Translations under genes and position numbers: made by a program | The notes under the pieces: model-generated | What the model was told of the DNA's origin: nothing | The model's database searches: none | Seen by the model: only the letters and a program-made list of their open reading frames with translations | IMG/VR virus record: IMGVR_UViG_3300028840_007129 | Reading direction: 5' to 3' (one strand) | Length of the DNA: 64,000 nt | Source of the DNA: an uncultured virus (IMG/VR IMGVR_UViG_3300028840_007129) | Lineage: Duplodnaviria; Heunggongvirae; Uroviricota; Caudoviricetes | Shown here: piece after piece, positions 51,384-60,936 of the stretch | Numbering within the stretch: position 1 is the stretch's first letter | Layout: each line of letters opens with the position of its first letter

Positions 51384-52418
51384 TCACTTTCGACCGAACC
51401 ATTTCGAGTAAAGTTTCTCGTAAGTTCCGTCGCGCATGATCTCCAACAGGGCCAGGTTCAGGGGCTCTCTTAAGGAGCTGTTTTGTTGAAGGGCTATGCC
51501 GTAATCCTGTTCATCGAAGACAGGCCCGGTCATAGCAATTTTACCGGAATCGTTCAAGACAGCGTACCTGAGTGCTGGCATGTCATAGACCATGGCATCT
51601 ACGCCGTCTTTTATCAATAGATCATAACAGTCCTCAAAAGTGGGCTGCGTTAAGACGTTCGAATTTAAATTGTTAAGTGCATCAATAGAGGTGGTCCCCT
51701 CCACTGTAGTAACTCTTTTTCCGGAGAGGTCCTCTTTAGAGTTTATCGATTGATAGATTTCCTGCATGGTCATCACAAGGCTCATTTTTGCAATGACATA
51801 GGGACTTATAAGGTATATCCCTATCCACATGACAACAATGGCTACGAATTTTCCCAGAGGGGTGTGGGGGGTTTTATCTCCGTACCCTACTGTGGTCATG
51901 GTAACATTGGTCCAGTACATGCCATCGGCTATCCCGTGTAAGGGCCTGTCATCAAATGAGGTACGACCTTTTTCCACACGCCATATGATGATGCCGCATA
52001 GTACAATGAATCCGAAAAATATAGCTATGGTGTCCCAAGATGATGTGAAGAAGAGATAAATGATTCTGAAGAAGCCGGTGCTGCCCTTTTTTTTCACCAT
52101 GATGCCAAGGCCTGATTTAAGATAGGGATGAGAGAAATCGATAATTTTTTCTCTCTTTTCATTGATGGTGATACCAGCTAAACCGACATCAGCGCGACCC
52201 GTTACGAGGCTATCAAAGAGACTCGGGAAATGGCCTATTTTTACATACTCATATTCAAGGTTCAGTCTATCGGCGATAGTTTCCCAGAGGTCTATATCGA
52301 ATCCGGTAGGCTTGGGGGATTCCAGGATTACGCATGGGGGAAAGTCATTAACGGCTACACGAAGGGTATTACCATAGCAGGTCAGGACTAAGACTAGGAG
52401 AATAGTTGGTGTTCTCAT
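51384..52418 (-). CDS. GluR0-like ligand-gated K+ channel (split SBP_bac_3 domain plus pore)
   Basis: Signal peptide, GFDIDL, GITINEKRE, DFSHPY, TM helix, TMTTVGYGD filter, TM helix, YGIAL...LYSKWF. Confidence 0.92.
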   Translation of the reverse strand: MRTPTILLVLVLTCYGNTLRVAVNDFPPCVILESPKPTGFDIDLWETIADRLNLEYEYVKIGHFPSLFDSLVTGRADVGLAGITINEKREKIIDFSHPYLKSGLGIMVKKKGSTGFFRIIYLFFTSSWDTIAIFFGFIVLCGIIIWRVEKGRTSFDDRPLHGIADGMYWTNVTMTTVGYGDKTPHTPLGKFVAIVVMWIGIYLISPYVIAKMSLVMTMQEIYQSINSKEDLSGKRVTTVEGTTSIDALNNLNSNVLTQPTFEDCYDLLIKDGVDAMVYDMPALRYAVLNDSGKIAMTGPVFDEQDYGIALQQNSSLREPLNLALLEIMRDGTYEKLYSKWFGRK

Positions 52419-52504
52419 GTGGGGCTTCTTTTGATAAGTTCTGCGTATTCCTCTAGTTTATCTAAATCATTAGATGAGTCACCATATTATCTATCAGACA
52501 TGAC

Positions 52505-53062
52505 TTATTGGCTTTGTTCGTCTGGTTCACCGTCTATCATTGTTCTTGAAAACTGAATACCCCATCTCTCCTCACCAGTACGTTTAGATTCTTCTTCATC
52601 GACAAAAACATCGATAAGGCGCACCTTCTCGTCCTTTATATACTCATCAGGGGAATGGTTTTCGAGATCAATGTCATAATCTCCGTCGAACTTATAGACA
52701 ATGACTATGTATCCGATATAGTTCCTAAGTTCTTTTACTTCAAGGAAACTGTCACTCATCCGTTTATGGGTGATGCCATTAGGAAGGGTAAACATGTTTA
52801 TGGTATAGTCCTTAAGGTAGAGGTGAATAACCTCTGAATCATCCTTTTCATTTCGAGCAATGGACGCGTTCGCCCACATAACGGCCTCTTCAAGACGTTG
52901 AAGGGCCTGATTTCGCTCGGAGCTCCGAGGGCATGATTCCATAATATATCTGGCCATATTCAGACCGTAGTCCCGGATGTTTTGATACCTCGGGATCTGA
53001 TCCTTTTGTGGTGCGTGGTACTTGAAGTTACGCTCAACCGGATAATATTTATCATCAGACAT
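52505..53062 (-). CDS. Acb2/Tad1-like hairpin domain fused to an unknown acidic domain
   Basis: FKYHAP...CPRSSERNQALQRLEEAVMWANASIAR resembles the Tad1 SRENACALTHVEEALMW helix pair. Confidence 0.65.
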   Translation of the reverse strand: MSDDKYYPVERNFKYHAPQKDQIPRYQNIRDYGLNMARYIMESCPRSSERNQALQRLEEAVMWANASIARNEKDDSEVIHLYLKDYTINMFTLPNGITHKRMSDSFLEVKELRNYIGYIVIVYKFDGDYDIDLENHSPDEYIKDEKVRLIDVFVDEEESKRTGEERWGIQFSRTMIDGEPDEQSQ

Positions 53063-53284
53063 TGGATGAGTCCGATCTTTTAGGGGTGGGCCGTATCTGT
53101 CAATGAGTTGATCTCAGCCTCTACGTATGATATTGACCATTGGTTCTATAACTGTCTCATGCTCCGATATGACGGAAGGGCCATCGTCGTGAATAGAGAC
53201 ACAAGTTTTTTGTATTATCGGGTGACCAAACTGACTGCTCATGACAACAAGTCTCATAAGGGGCCTTCCAAAGTATAGCAGCGA

Positions 53285-53313
53285 CGGTTCAACCCCGCGT
53301 GTGCAGGGAACTG
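53285..53313 (-). repeat. Solitary CRISPR repeat unit
   Basis: 24 of the first 26 nt identical to repeat 31311-31339; stem kept through a G-U pair on the minus strand. Confidence 0.8.
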
Positions 53314-53363
53314 TTGGAAAGACCCCTAAAAGGGGCCCGGAGAATCCCGAGCCCCCTCCCATG

Positions 53364-54014
53364 TCACAGGGAATCAAAAAGGGAAGACCCCTTTTGATTT
53401 CCGAGTGCCTTTTCCGTTTCTTCGTCCAGGCGGTCACCAGTGCTCTGCTCATCCAGTATGGCTTTCGAGGAGTCAAGGCGCTCCTGGAGTCTCTTTTTAC
53501 GGGCCTGAAACTTCTCCAGAGCCGATGAAGCCCCACCCACCTTAATGGTGGTAAGGGATTCATTGGACTGGGCAACATCACGCATAGTTTTCATAAGCTT
53601 GATGCTGCGACGGCCCTCCTCTACGGAACTCTGCAGCTTGTTCTTGTTTTCAAGCTGGGTCTCGTAATGGGCCTTGAGGTCAGTGTAAGAGTTTCTCAGA
53701 ACCTCAACGGTTGCCGTGACGTCCTCGATGATGGCACACTGCTTCATAGCCAAATCCATCATATCCTTGGCCTTAAGCTGACGGGCCTTCTCGGTTCTGT
53801 CTGCAATCTCGGTTTCTTTTTCCTTGATATCGCGTTCCATACCCATGAGCCTGGCCTTGATGTCTCCCAGAGCCTTAATGGCCGCAGAGAGGTCCTTCTC
53901 CATATTTTCAAGGTCTTGCTCAGCGAACTCCACCTCATGCTTCTCTTCGAGTTTGTTGGCGAGTTCGGTATCTTTGGCTTTCCCCCAGGCAACGAGGGAT
54001 TTGAACAGTTTCAT
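53364..54014 (-). CDS. pspA: PspA/IM30 family protein
   Basis: MKLFKSL amphipathic start, 216-aa coiled coil with PspA-like layout, adjacent YjfI-like gene. Confidence 0.75.
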   Translation of the reverse strand: MKLFKSLVAWGKAKDTELANKLEEKHEVEFAEQDLENMEKDLSAAIKALGDIKARLMGMERDIKEKETEIADRTEKARQLKAKDMMDLAMKQCAIIEDVTATVEVLRNSYTDLKAHYETQLENKNKLQSSVEEGRRSIKLMKTMRDVAQSNESLTTIKVGGASSALEKFQARKKRLQERLDSSKAILDEQSTGDRLDEETEKALGNQKGSSLFDSL

Positions 54015-54028
54015 CAGATATTCTCCTT

Positions 54029-54685
54029 TCAGTCGGTCATGTCACTGATTTCATCCATGCTTTTGGCTACGGTGAGAAACATCATCTCGATGGCTGATTC
54101 GACCTCATTGAGGTCGATGTTTTCGATTTCGAGGTTCTCCTTTAAGAGCACGATGTTCTTATCGAGACAGAAAGCACCATGCACAGCCGTGTTGTTGATC
54201 TCAAGGAGTCTTCTCAAGAGCTTTTCATTTATGAGGGGGAGAGTAGCCACTTCAATCATGAAACAGACGGTGGTCTCCTCGACATCGACCACCATTTCAA
54301 GCTCAGTTTCCGGCTCTGAGACCAGGAACACGTCGTCTCTGATCTGCTGCACGGTTATGCCCTCGATTTTACCGAGCATTTCGAGGATTATCTTGGCGTT
54401 CTCAATCTCTTTTTGCGACGGACCCGACATTGTTGAACTCCCTTCCGGATAATGTTCGTCGCAACGTGCTGCTGCGACTGTTGTAGACTGTGCGGGTGGT
54501 TCACTTTGATTTTTAACATTGCTGGAGTTTATTGACCCCATTGCCGCCGCCCATCCACGTTCGTAACCCTGCATATACGCCTTCTGGCGCAAATCACACG
54601 TTTTACCCATGACTAGCATCGCCATATCATGCGATAAGCCAAGGTCAACCAGAGTTCCTACGAATAACTTTTGCCACTCACCCAT
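54029..54685 (-). CDS. YbjN/YjfI (CesT-like chaperone fold) domain in the C-terminal ~130 aa; true start may be 54430
   Basis: LLRRLLEINNTAVHGAFCLD...ENLEIENIDLNE. Confidence 0.65.
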   Translation of the reverse strand: MGEWQKLFVGTLVDLGLSHDMAMLVMGKTCDLRQKAYMQGYERGWAAAMGSINSSNVKNQSEPPAQSTTVAAARCDEHYPEGSSTMSGPSQKEIENAKIILEMLGKIEGITVQQIRDDVFLVSEPETELEMVVDVEETTVCFMIEVATLPLINEKLLRRLLEINNTAVHGAFCLDKNIVLLKENLEIENIDLNEVESAIEMMFLTVAKSMDEISDMTD

Positions 54686-55283
54686 AATCTTTTCCGGCTC
54701 TCATGATTTCGACTTCATGGGCTTTTATTTCGGTACCGTAGAAAATCTCCATATAACCTTCACCGTCCGGGTTATCTATCCAGTCCAGGAAGGCATGGGG
54801 GTTATCCGGCCAGGTATCATTTTGATACTCACAGATGTGGTGAGGGGCTTTTCCTGAACCTTCGGTAGAGTTGTAGGTGACCCCAAAGGTTGTTCCAGAG
54901 TCCTTTTTTACCCACAGGACATCTTTAGCTTCCTCGCCGTCTTCAATGCTCCCGATGAAGGTATCCTTGAAATCATCCCGCTTATCATTGAGAAAGGTCG
55001 CTGCGATTCCATCATCGATGACGAAACTACCGACCCTATAACATATGAGCATGTCAAAATCGTTTCCTACCTCTCGAATGATAAGCATGAGCCCATCGCT
55101 ATCGTTATTCTCCATGAGGTAACAGGTGTATTTAAACACGCCGTTGGGTTCGATGTATTCCCTGGTCTCAGTGATCATGAAATCAACGCTGGACTCGTTG
55201 AAGGTTTCCTGTGTCTGAAGGTCGGATAGGGTCACCACGTCTCCGACACCAAAACGGAGGAAATCGTTTATACTTTTCGCCAT
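54678..55283 (-). CDS. Acidic beta-rich protein, YjfK/DUF4178-like
   Basis: VGDVVTL start and EIFYGTEI end; pspA-cluster context. Confidence 0.4.
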   Translation of the reverse strand: MAKSINDFLRFGVGDVVTLSDLQTQETFNESSVDFMITETREYIEPNGVFKYTCYLMENNDSDGLMLIIREVGNDFDMLICYRVGSFVIDDGIAATFLNDKRDDFKDTFIGSIEDGEEAKDVLWVKKDSGTTFGVTYNSTEGSGKAPHHICEYQNDTWPDNPHAFLDWIDNPDGEGYMEIFYGTEIKAHEVEIMRAGKDYG

Positions 55284-55687
55284 TTCATACTCTCCAGTAG
55301 GTGGGGGGCTTTTTCAGTAAGTACAGCTTTCCACGTCTGGTCAACGTCGTTCCAGACTGATTCTGGGAGTTCTAAGACTAGACATTTCACTACCTTACAG
55401 AATTCCTTTATAGCATCATCATCGTCTTTAGTAAGTACTTCTTTCCATTTATGTTCAACGTCGTTCCAGACTGATTCTGGGAGTTCTAAGGCTAGACATT
55501 TCACTACCTTACAGAACTCTTTTACAGCATCATTCTCATCTTTAGTAGGTATGTCGGCTAACCTACACGCCTCATCACGCATAAGGCGCAGCATAGCCCC
55601 CTGAGAGCTTGACCCTCCTAATCCTGTTTTGTCGAGAGACCACACCAAATCACGCACCAATCGTCTTAATTCAATATCCCTGCTCAT
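55268..55687 (-). CDS. Hypothetical protein with a recent 38-aa internal duplication
   Basis: 114-bp period DNA repeat at about 55315-55550. Confidence 0.7.
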   Translation of the reverse strand: MSRDIELRRLVRDLVWSLDKTGLGGSSSQGAMLRLMRDEACRLADIPTKDENDAVKEFCKVVKCLALELPESVWNDVEHKWKEVLTKDDDDAIKEFCKVVKCLVLELPESVWNDVDQTWKAVLTEKAPHLLESMKWRKV

Positions 55688-56469
55688 ATAACCGCCCTGA
55701 TGATGTAGACTAGGCCACCGATGACCACGAGACCCCCAACAACACTGAGCACGATGATACCCGTATTATTAGAGCGATAAGGTACAGGAGCCCCTACTGG
55801 AGTATAACTGCCGTAACCGTGAGAGGAGAGCATGGCATCAGTAACAATCATGTCGGTCATCATATCCAGCATTATCCATGTACTAATCCCATTCACTGTG
55901 TTCCAGTATCCGTAGCTGCCTTCATTGTAGATTACGGTATAGTTCGTTCCGCCACGGGATACCGATGCCGGTATGTATTCAGGTCTAGAAGCCGGTTCTC
56001 GGTCGAACTTATTCGTATACCTCGTTGAGAATGATGGGTCATTCTTAATCTTGGACTTAAAGGCTTCCTGTGCTTTGGATCGGGACCCATACATCTTAGC
56101 GGCTTCGGCATTCTTCTTAGCCAGCTTAGAATCTATCTTAGTTTTAGTGACAGTTTTTGTTTGAGTGACCGTGGTAGCCCTGTTAGTCTGACTTACCTGT
56201 GCCGGTTGCGCTGATTGAGTAGACTTGAAAGAGGATGCAGGACGTGGGTTCGTTGGGGCCACTTTTGGCTTTGACGCGGGTCGAAAACTCGAAGATGAAG
56301 ACCTTGATCGTGATGAAGAGGAAGACCTGAAGCTGCTGCTGGACCGTGCAGCGAAAATATCAGAGTCCCCGATAAGAAGTACGGCAGTGAGGATAACGAG
56401 AAAACGATGCATGAGCGCCCCCTTTTTATTTAGATATGATAGACCTAAAGTGGTATAGCCGGGACCCAC
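55684..56469 (-). CDS. Exported Ser-rich protein with C-terminal membrane anchor
   Basis: Signal-like segment, RSSSS tract, terminal TM helix. Confidence 0.7.
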   Translation of the reverse strand: MGPGYTTLGLSYLNKKGALMHRFLVILTAVLLIGDSDIFAARSSSSFRSSSSSRSRSSSSSFRPASKPKVAPTNPRPASSFKSTQSAQPAQVSQTNRATTVTQTKTVTKTKIDSKLAKKNAEAAKMYGSRSKAQEAFKSKIKNDPSFSTRYTNKFDREPASRPEYIPASVSRGGTNYTVIYNEGSYGYWNTVNGISTWIMLDMMTDMIVTDAMLSSHGYGSYTPVGAPVPYRSNNTGIIVLSVVGGLVVIGGLVYIIRAVI

Positions 56470-56860
56470 ACTCCATCTCTGAGTGTCTCCGTGTGCCCAC
56501 TATTCTCTACGTGTTCCTTCAGATAATTTTCCCAAACCTTAAAGCGGTCATCTACATCACCGGCATATAGGCCCATGAAGAGGTCATAACCGCATTTAGA
56601 CGCACGTTCATCGCTGATAGTCTGTGCAACCCTTCGTATGAGGTCTGCGTATTTTTCGTAGTCACTCATAACAGTTTGAGAGCCAGATGAAGAGAGGAAA
56701 TAACAATAGATACCCAGACGACGATGTTTATGAGTGTACCTATAGTTTCATTCGGCCATGATAGGCGCATTCCGGACAGGCTGCCTATAAGTTTTGCCAG
56801 GGTAATTACAAGTGCGACCAGAACTATCGTTGAGTTTATAAGAGGCATATGGGCTCTCCT

Positions 56861-57601
56861 TTAAGCTGCTGATTTGATGAATTTGTAGACGTTCCCGCTA
56901 TGCTTAAAGCTCTCTTCGGAAGTCTCCACGGCAACTTTGAAGGCTATGACATTATCAGTCGGAGGTATCTTGATGTCTTTTATTCTTACGCATATCTCCT
57001 CAACGAGTTTACCGCCCCTCCAGACTTTAGTATGTGCGTTATTTCTGAAAATCTGATAGGTGTCACCGCTTTTACCTCTGACGAGTATAAATCCGTACCT
57101 TAAATATTTCCGGTACTCCTTCTCAGTAACCATCTCTCGAAGGGTTTCGAGAGCCACCTGTTCCTGAGCACTCACCTTATCAACGGGGGCAGCCCTGGTT
57201 TTTATGTGGACAGATAGGCCACTAAAAATTTTAGGTTTATCTTCTTCCCCTAAGACGATACCACCATTTATGGTACTTATATAGGATGGGCAGTAATAAA
57301 CAACATGGGGGCTATATATGGAATAATCCGCTCCAATGGTAAATTGGTTTCGGTTGGTTGGTCCTGTGATATACTCAGGGCCTGCGATATACTCACATCT
57401 ATCAGTGGTACCAGAATCTATGTAAGTGGGGGGAACCGATACTGAAAGGGCTCTCCCGATGTATACTAAATCGTCGTGCGTTAGGGTGCTGGAAGTGTTG
57501 TTTGTGCGTGTGGTATTGTTGACCTGATAAGAGGTGCCCGTGGTATAAACCAGGCCTGAGCCTGAGTATTTTGAATAATGGCTTAAAGATGTTCCAGGCA
57601 T
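56861..57601 (-). CDS. Paralog family A member 3
   Basis: ALETLREMVTEK...GKSGDTYQIF...HTKV...EEICV...PPTD...GNVYK. Confidence 0.75.
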   Translation of the reverse strand: MPGTSLSHYSKYSGSGLVYTTGTSYQVNNTTRTNNTSSTLTHDDLVYIGRALSVSVPPTYIDSGTTDRCEYIAGPEYITGPTNRNQFTIGADYSIYSPHVVYYCPSYISTINGGIVLGEEDKPKIFSGLSVHIKTRAAPVDKVSAQEQVALETLREMVTEKEYRKYLRYGFILVRGKSGDTYQIFRNNAHTKVWRGGKLVEEICVRIKDIKIPPTDNVIAFKVAVETSEESFKHSGNVYKFIKSAA

Positions 57602-57607
57602 GCTTCC

Positions 57608-57922
57608 TCACAGTTTTTTCAGGAAGTCCCGTATCTGAGTCTTAACATCACCTGCGGTTTTAAGGAACACGAAATAAGCATTATCGAGGAACACGAAATA
57701 AGCATTATCGTTTTTACCTAAATACAGGCTGGTTTCGGTAGTGCCCTTAATTTCGATAATGCCCTCTTCTCCCATGAGCTCATCAAAGGCATACTGCACA
57801 TCATTCCGAAAATTCTCTGATGACCCAATAAATTTTATGTTGCGGGAATCATCATGAATGTGGATGGTGCCATTGTCGTACTTCTGAAAGCGAAGGCCGG
57901 AAATACTCACAGTATCTTTCAT
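57608..57922 (-). CDS. Paralog family B member 1; contains a 24-bp tandem duplication (57663-57710)
   Basis: GTIHIHD motif shared with 58637-58993; DNAYFVFL occurs twice. Confidence 0.65.
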   Translation of the reverse strand: MKDTVSISGLRFQKYDNGTIHIHDDSRNIKFIGSSENFRNDVQYAFDELMGEEGIIEIKGTTETSLYLGKNDNAYFVFLDNAYFVFLKTAGDVKTQIRDFLKKL

Positions 57923-58221
57923 ATTTCATTCCGTTTCCAAGAGTACTTTCCCACTCTTACCTTGAGTAATAGAATTAGTGGAAATAGGGCCTTGTTCACA
58001 ACTTCTACCCTGGGTAATAGAACTAGAAAAGATATTGCCCTGCTCGTCACACCGATAATATAGGCTTATACCATTAATCAGTATGTTCCTGATATAAAAG
58101 CAACTACCATCTGGTTGATGTATCCTGTATATATCATTAGAGTTATGTACTGACTCGACCTCTGATGATGAACACAGAAGGAAAACCAGAGCCAGAATGG
58201 TTAATATTAGTCGCATCCTTA

Positions 58222-58635
58222 TTATCCCTTAGCAGTTGGCGGGATCATGAGGATTTCCTCGGCGTCGATGTCGAACTCCTCTATCTTACGGTTCTTATTA
58301 CCACTGACATCGACGCTGTATGCCGTGTAACCCTTTTTCAGGAGCTCCTCGAATTTGGCCTTGGCTTCCTTGGCCTCTTTCCCATTCTCCTTGTCCCAGA
58401 TGATACGGTCATCGCCACTCTCACAGAGGATTTTCATAACCCTTTTTGCCGTTCTGAGGGCCTTGACGATGATTTCCTCGGCATAGGGCTTAAAGCGCTC
58501 CATACGCTCACCCGTGGCCGTAAGGATTTCATGCCCACGTGAACGATAGAGGAGGTACGTCCTTTTCGCCTCATCAATTTCCTTTAGGGAGTCTTTATTC
58601 CAGATGATTCTGAGGTCCATGACGAGGTCGCTCAT
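58222..58635 (-). CDS. Two-repeat protein with MoaD/ThiS-like C-terminus
   Basis: RIIW...EAK...G...F..AEEI twice; ends EEILMIPPTAKG. Confidence 0.6.
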   Translation of the reverse strand: MSDLVMDLRIIWNKDSLKEIDEAKRTYLLYRSRGHEILTATGERMERFKPYAEEIIVKALRTAKRVMKILCESGDDRIIWDKENGKEAKEAKAKFEELLKKGYTAYSVDVSGNKNRKIEEFDIDAEEILMIPPTAKG

Positions 58636-58636
58636 T

Positions 58637-58993
58637 TCAATTCCCCCTCTTCTGAAGCAGTCCACGGAGCTTCTCGATAGTATCAAAGCCTTTCTTCTCA
58701 AGGCTTATCTGAAAATCTCCGTCTTTTTTTGTGAATACGAGATTGTCGTTATCTCCAGAACCTTTTATGGTATGAGACTTACCCTCTATGACCTCGTCGA
58801 AGTTGATCTGGTCCAACACCTTCTCGAACTCATCCATGTTCTTCTTGAACAGGAGTTTTCCATCCGTTATGTGGATGACACCCCTTTTATAAATTTTGTA
58901 CTTGGTTGTTCCCAGGGATCCGGCTTCAAGAATATCCCCATCATCTTCCTCTTTAGTACCCGATTTCTTTTTGAAGGGCACAACTTTGTTCAT
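58637..58993 (-). CDS. Paralog family B member 2
   Basis: GVIHITD...FDE...IKG pattern shared with 57608-57922. Confidence 0.65.
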   Translation of the reverse strand: MNKVVPFKKKSGTKEEDDGDILEAGSLGTTKYKIYKRGVIHITDGKLLFKKNMDEFEKVLDQINFDEVIEGKSHTIKGSGDNDNLVFTKKDGDFQISLEKKGFDTIEKLRGLLQKRGN

Positions 58994-59004
58994 GCGAGTT
59001 CCTT

Positions 59005-59319
59005 TTATTGAAGGATGGCTTTTGTTTCTTTCCACAGTCGATTCATGAATCCTGCCGCATCCCTTGAAAGGTCTTTTTCAGTATCCCTGAGCACGTCCGT
59101 GCAGGAGGACTTCATGGGCCTGATATCTTCTATCAGGATAGATGTGCTGTTTTCAGGAAAACGGGTATCGGTGATTTCCCCGTTAAGAACCTTCCGATAA
59201 TGTATATGCCCGCAATTTGGACAATGTATTCGATAGTTGCCCTCAAGGGACGTATTCAGCTTGAAGTTGAAGTATTTACCGCATGAAGTGCAATGAAACT
59301 GGAACAGGACCCGTGCCAT
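59005..59319 (-). CDS. Zn-ribbon protein
   Basis: CTSC...CPNCGH. Confidence 0.7.
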   Translation of the reverse strand: MARVLFQFHCTSCGKYFNFKLNTSLEGNYRIHCPNCGHIHYRKVLNGEITDTRFPENSTSILIEDIRPMKSSCTDVLRDTEKDLSRDAAGFMNRLWKETKAILQ

Positions 59320-59976
59320 TCGAATTTACCACCGGTTTAAAGCTTCTAAGAACTCACTGGCGAATTTTTTATCATTTTTATCCACTCTCAGGCGCATTGC
59401 TTCATTGATGGCTTTGAAACAAGAGAGGTGTTGATTTGGCAGTTGCCGGAACTCCCTAATAACCCCTCCAGCCCTATGACAAAGCCTGTGGGTTCTTCTT
59501 TCTCCCTTTTGTTTTGTCACGTCATTGGATACTATAAAGTAATCTTTATGGCCCCGTCCGAAAACATCCCATCCTTTTGTAACGAGTCTCATGTCCCTAA
59601 CCTTATTATAGGTCAGAACCATTCCATGGCAAAGAGGCAGAGACCTCGTGTGCTCTTTTATCATGGAGTGACTTCCACTAAAAAGTTTGGGTCCGTCGGG
59701 TAGATATAGCCATGCTAAGCAGAAGGCACTAGACATGGCTTCTTTATCCCTATAAAGTTTATTCTTCTGGACACCACAGAACGTAACGGGTAACCTCTTC
59801 CTCTCATGGACAGGAAGCTGCTTACTATTTATGATTTTGTATCTGTTCATTTTTATAGAGGACTGAGGGTCTGTGGCTGAAAAGCGTTTATAATAATGCC
59901 ACGAGCTTCCATTATTGTTGTTGCGGCTTAAGAGAAGTTACTAAAAATACCGCGCTTCAATAAGAGAAGAGACCCG

Positions 59977-60936
59977 TCAGTCCTTTTCCGGACAGTAGTA
60001 AAAGGTATCCGTAAGTTTGCAGAACGGAGTCCAGTTATTACCGGCAGTTTTATTGTTTAGGATAAAGTCACTCGAATGTCTGACCATGGCATCGAGAGCA
60101 TCTATCTGAGAAACAAGCTGGGCCTCAGGAAACATCGCATCCACATGTCCCTGGTCTTCATGATGAGAAACAATGATATGAGCGATTTTAAGATAGGTGA
60201 TGTCGTTCTCGTCGACTCCCAGTTCTCGGTTAATGTCCCTGAACATCCCGTATCCAAGGCTAGTATGGTGTAGGAGCCTGCCTGAATCATTCATCTCGAT
60301 GGCCTTGGACCAGTTATAGGACTGTATCTTACCTATATCGTGGTAGAGACACCCCGTGAGTAGTATATCCCTGTTTATGGGGGTTTTCAGAAGAATAGTG
60401 TTACATACCTGGTCTGCAATGCGTAACATCGAGACGGTATGTTCCAGGAGGCCCCCCAAATAGTTATGGTGGACCGTCCCGACCCCTCCGGGGCACTCGC
60501 AGAAGGCATCATAGATGGGTTTTCCGCAGATAGAACTCCAATATCCTGCACAGGTGGCATCCCTGATACTCATATGGAATGTTTTGAGGTCTATTTTAAG
60601 GGAGGCAAGCTCTGTGTAATCCAAAGAAGGTAGGAAATCAGACTGGTCGTACTCTGTGACCCCTTTTATGGTCTTGATTACTACCTGGGGAGAGTCGTTA
60701 TAACGAGTAGCTTCACCGGTAATTTCAACTACACCTTTACCGGTTAAAGAGGCGGCAAATTTTTCGGCATTATCCCATATGACCCCTTTAACGGACCCAG
60801 TCTTATCGAGAAGTTCACAACTGAGGAAGTTTCCTGGCTTACGTAAAAAGGTTTTCAGTTCAATCTTGGTGATGACATAAGTCCCTGATATATAAGCGTT
60901 TCTTTTTGAGGCTTCGATTATTTCGGAGACGTTCAT
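59977..60936 (-). CDS. yhaM: YhaM/Cbf1-like 3'-5' exoribonuclease (OB fold plus HD domain)
   Basis: DKTGSVKGVIWD, HHNYLGGLLEHT, YHDIGK, SHH and IDALDA motifs. Confidence 0.9.
   Translation of the reverse strand: MNVSEIIEASKRNAYISGTYVITKIELKTFLRKPGNFLSCELLDKTGSVKGVIWDNAEKFAASLTGKGVVEITGEATRYNDSPQVVIKTIKGVTEYDQSDFLPSLDYTELASLKIDLKTFHMSIRDATCAGYWSSICGKPIYDAFCECPGGVGTVHHNYLGGLLEHTVSMLRIADQVCNTILLKTPINRDILLTGCLYHDIGKIQSYNWSKAIEMNDSGRLLHHTSLGYGMFRDINRELGVDENDITYLKIAHIIVSHHEDQGHVDAMFPEAQLVSQIDALDAMVRHSSDFILNNKTAGNNWTPFCKLTDTFYYCPEKD

Noticed and set aside
55315..55550. 114-bp duplication (and the 24-bp one at 57663-57710) as functional arrays
   Set aside because: Two-copy in-frame duplications inside ORFs, consistent with ordinary slippage.
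59977..60936. HD protein acting as a split Cas3 nuclease
   Set aside because: OB plus HD architecture and HHNYLGGLLEHT identify it as YhaM-like; it lies 29 kb from the cas locus.
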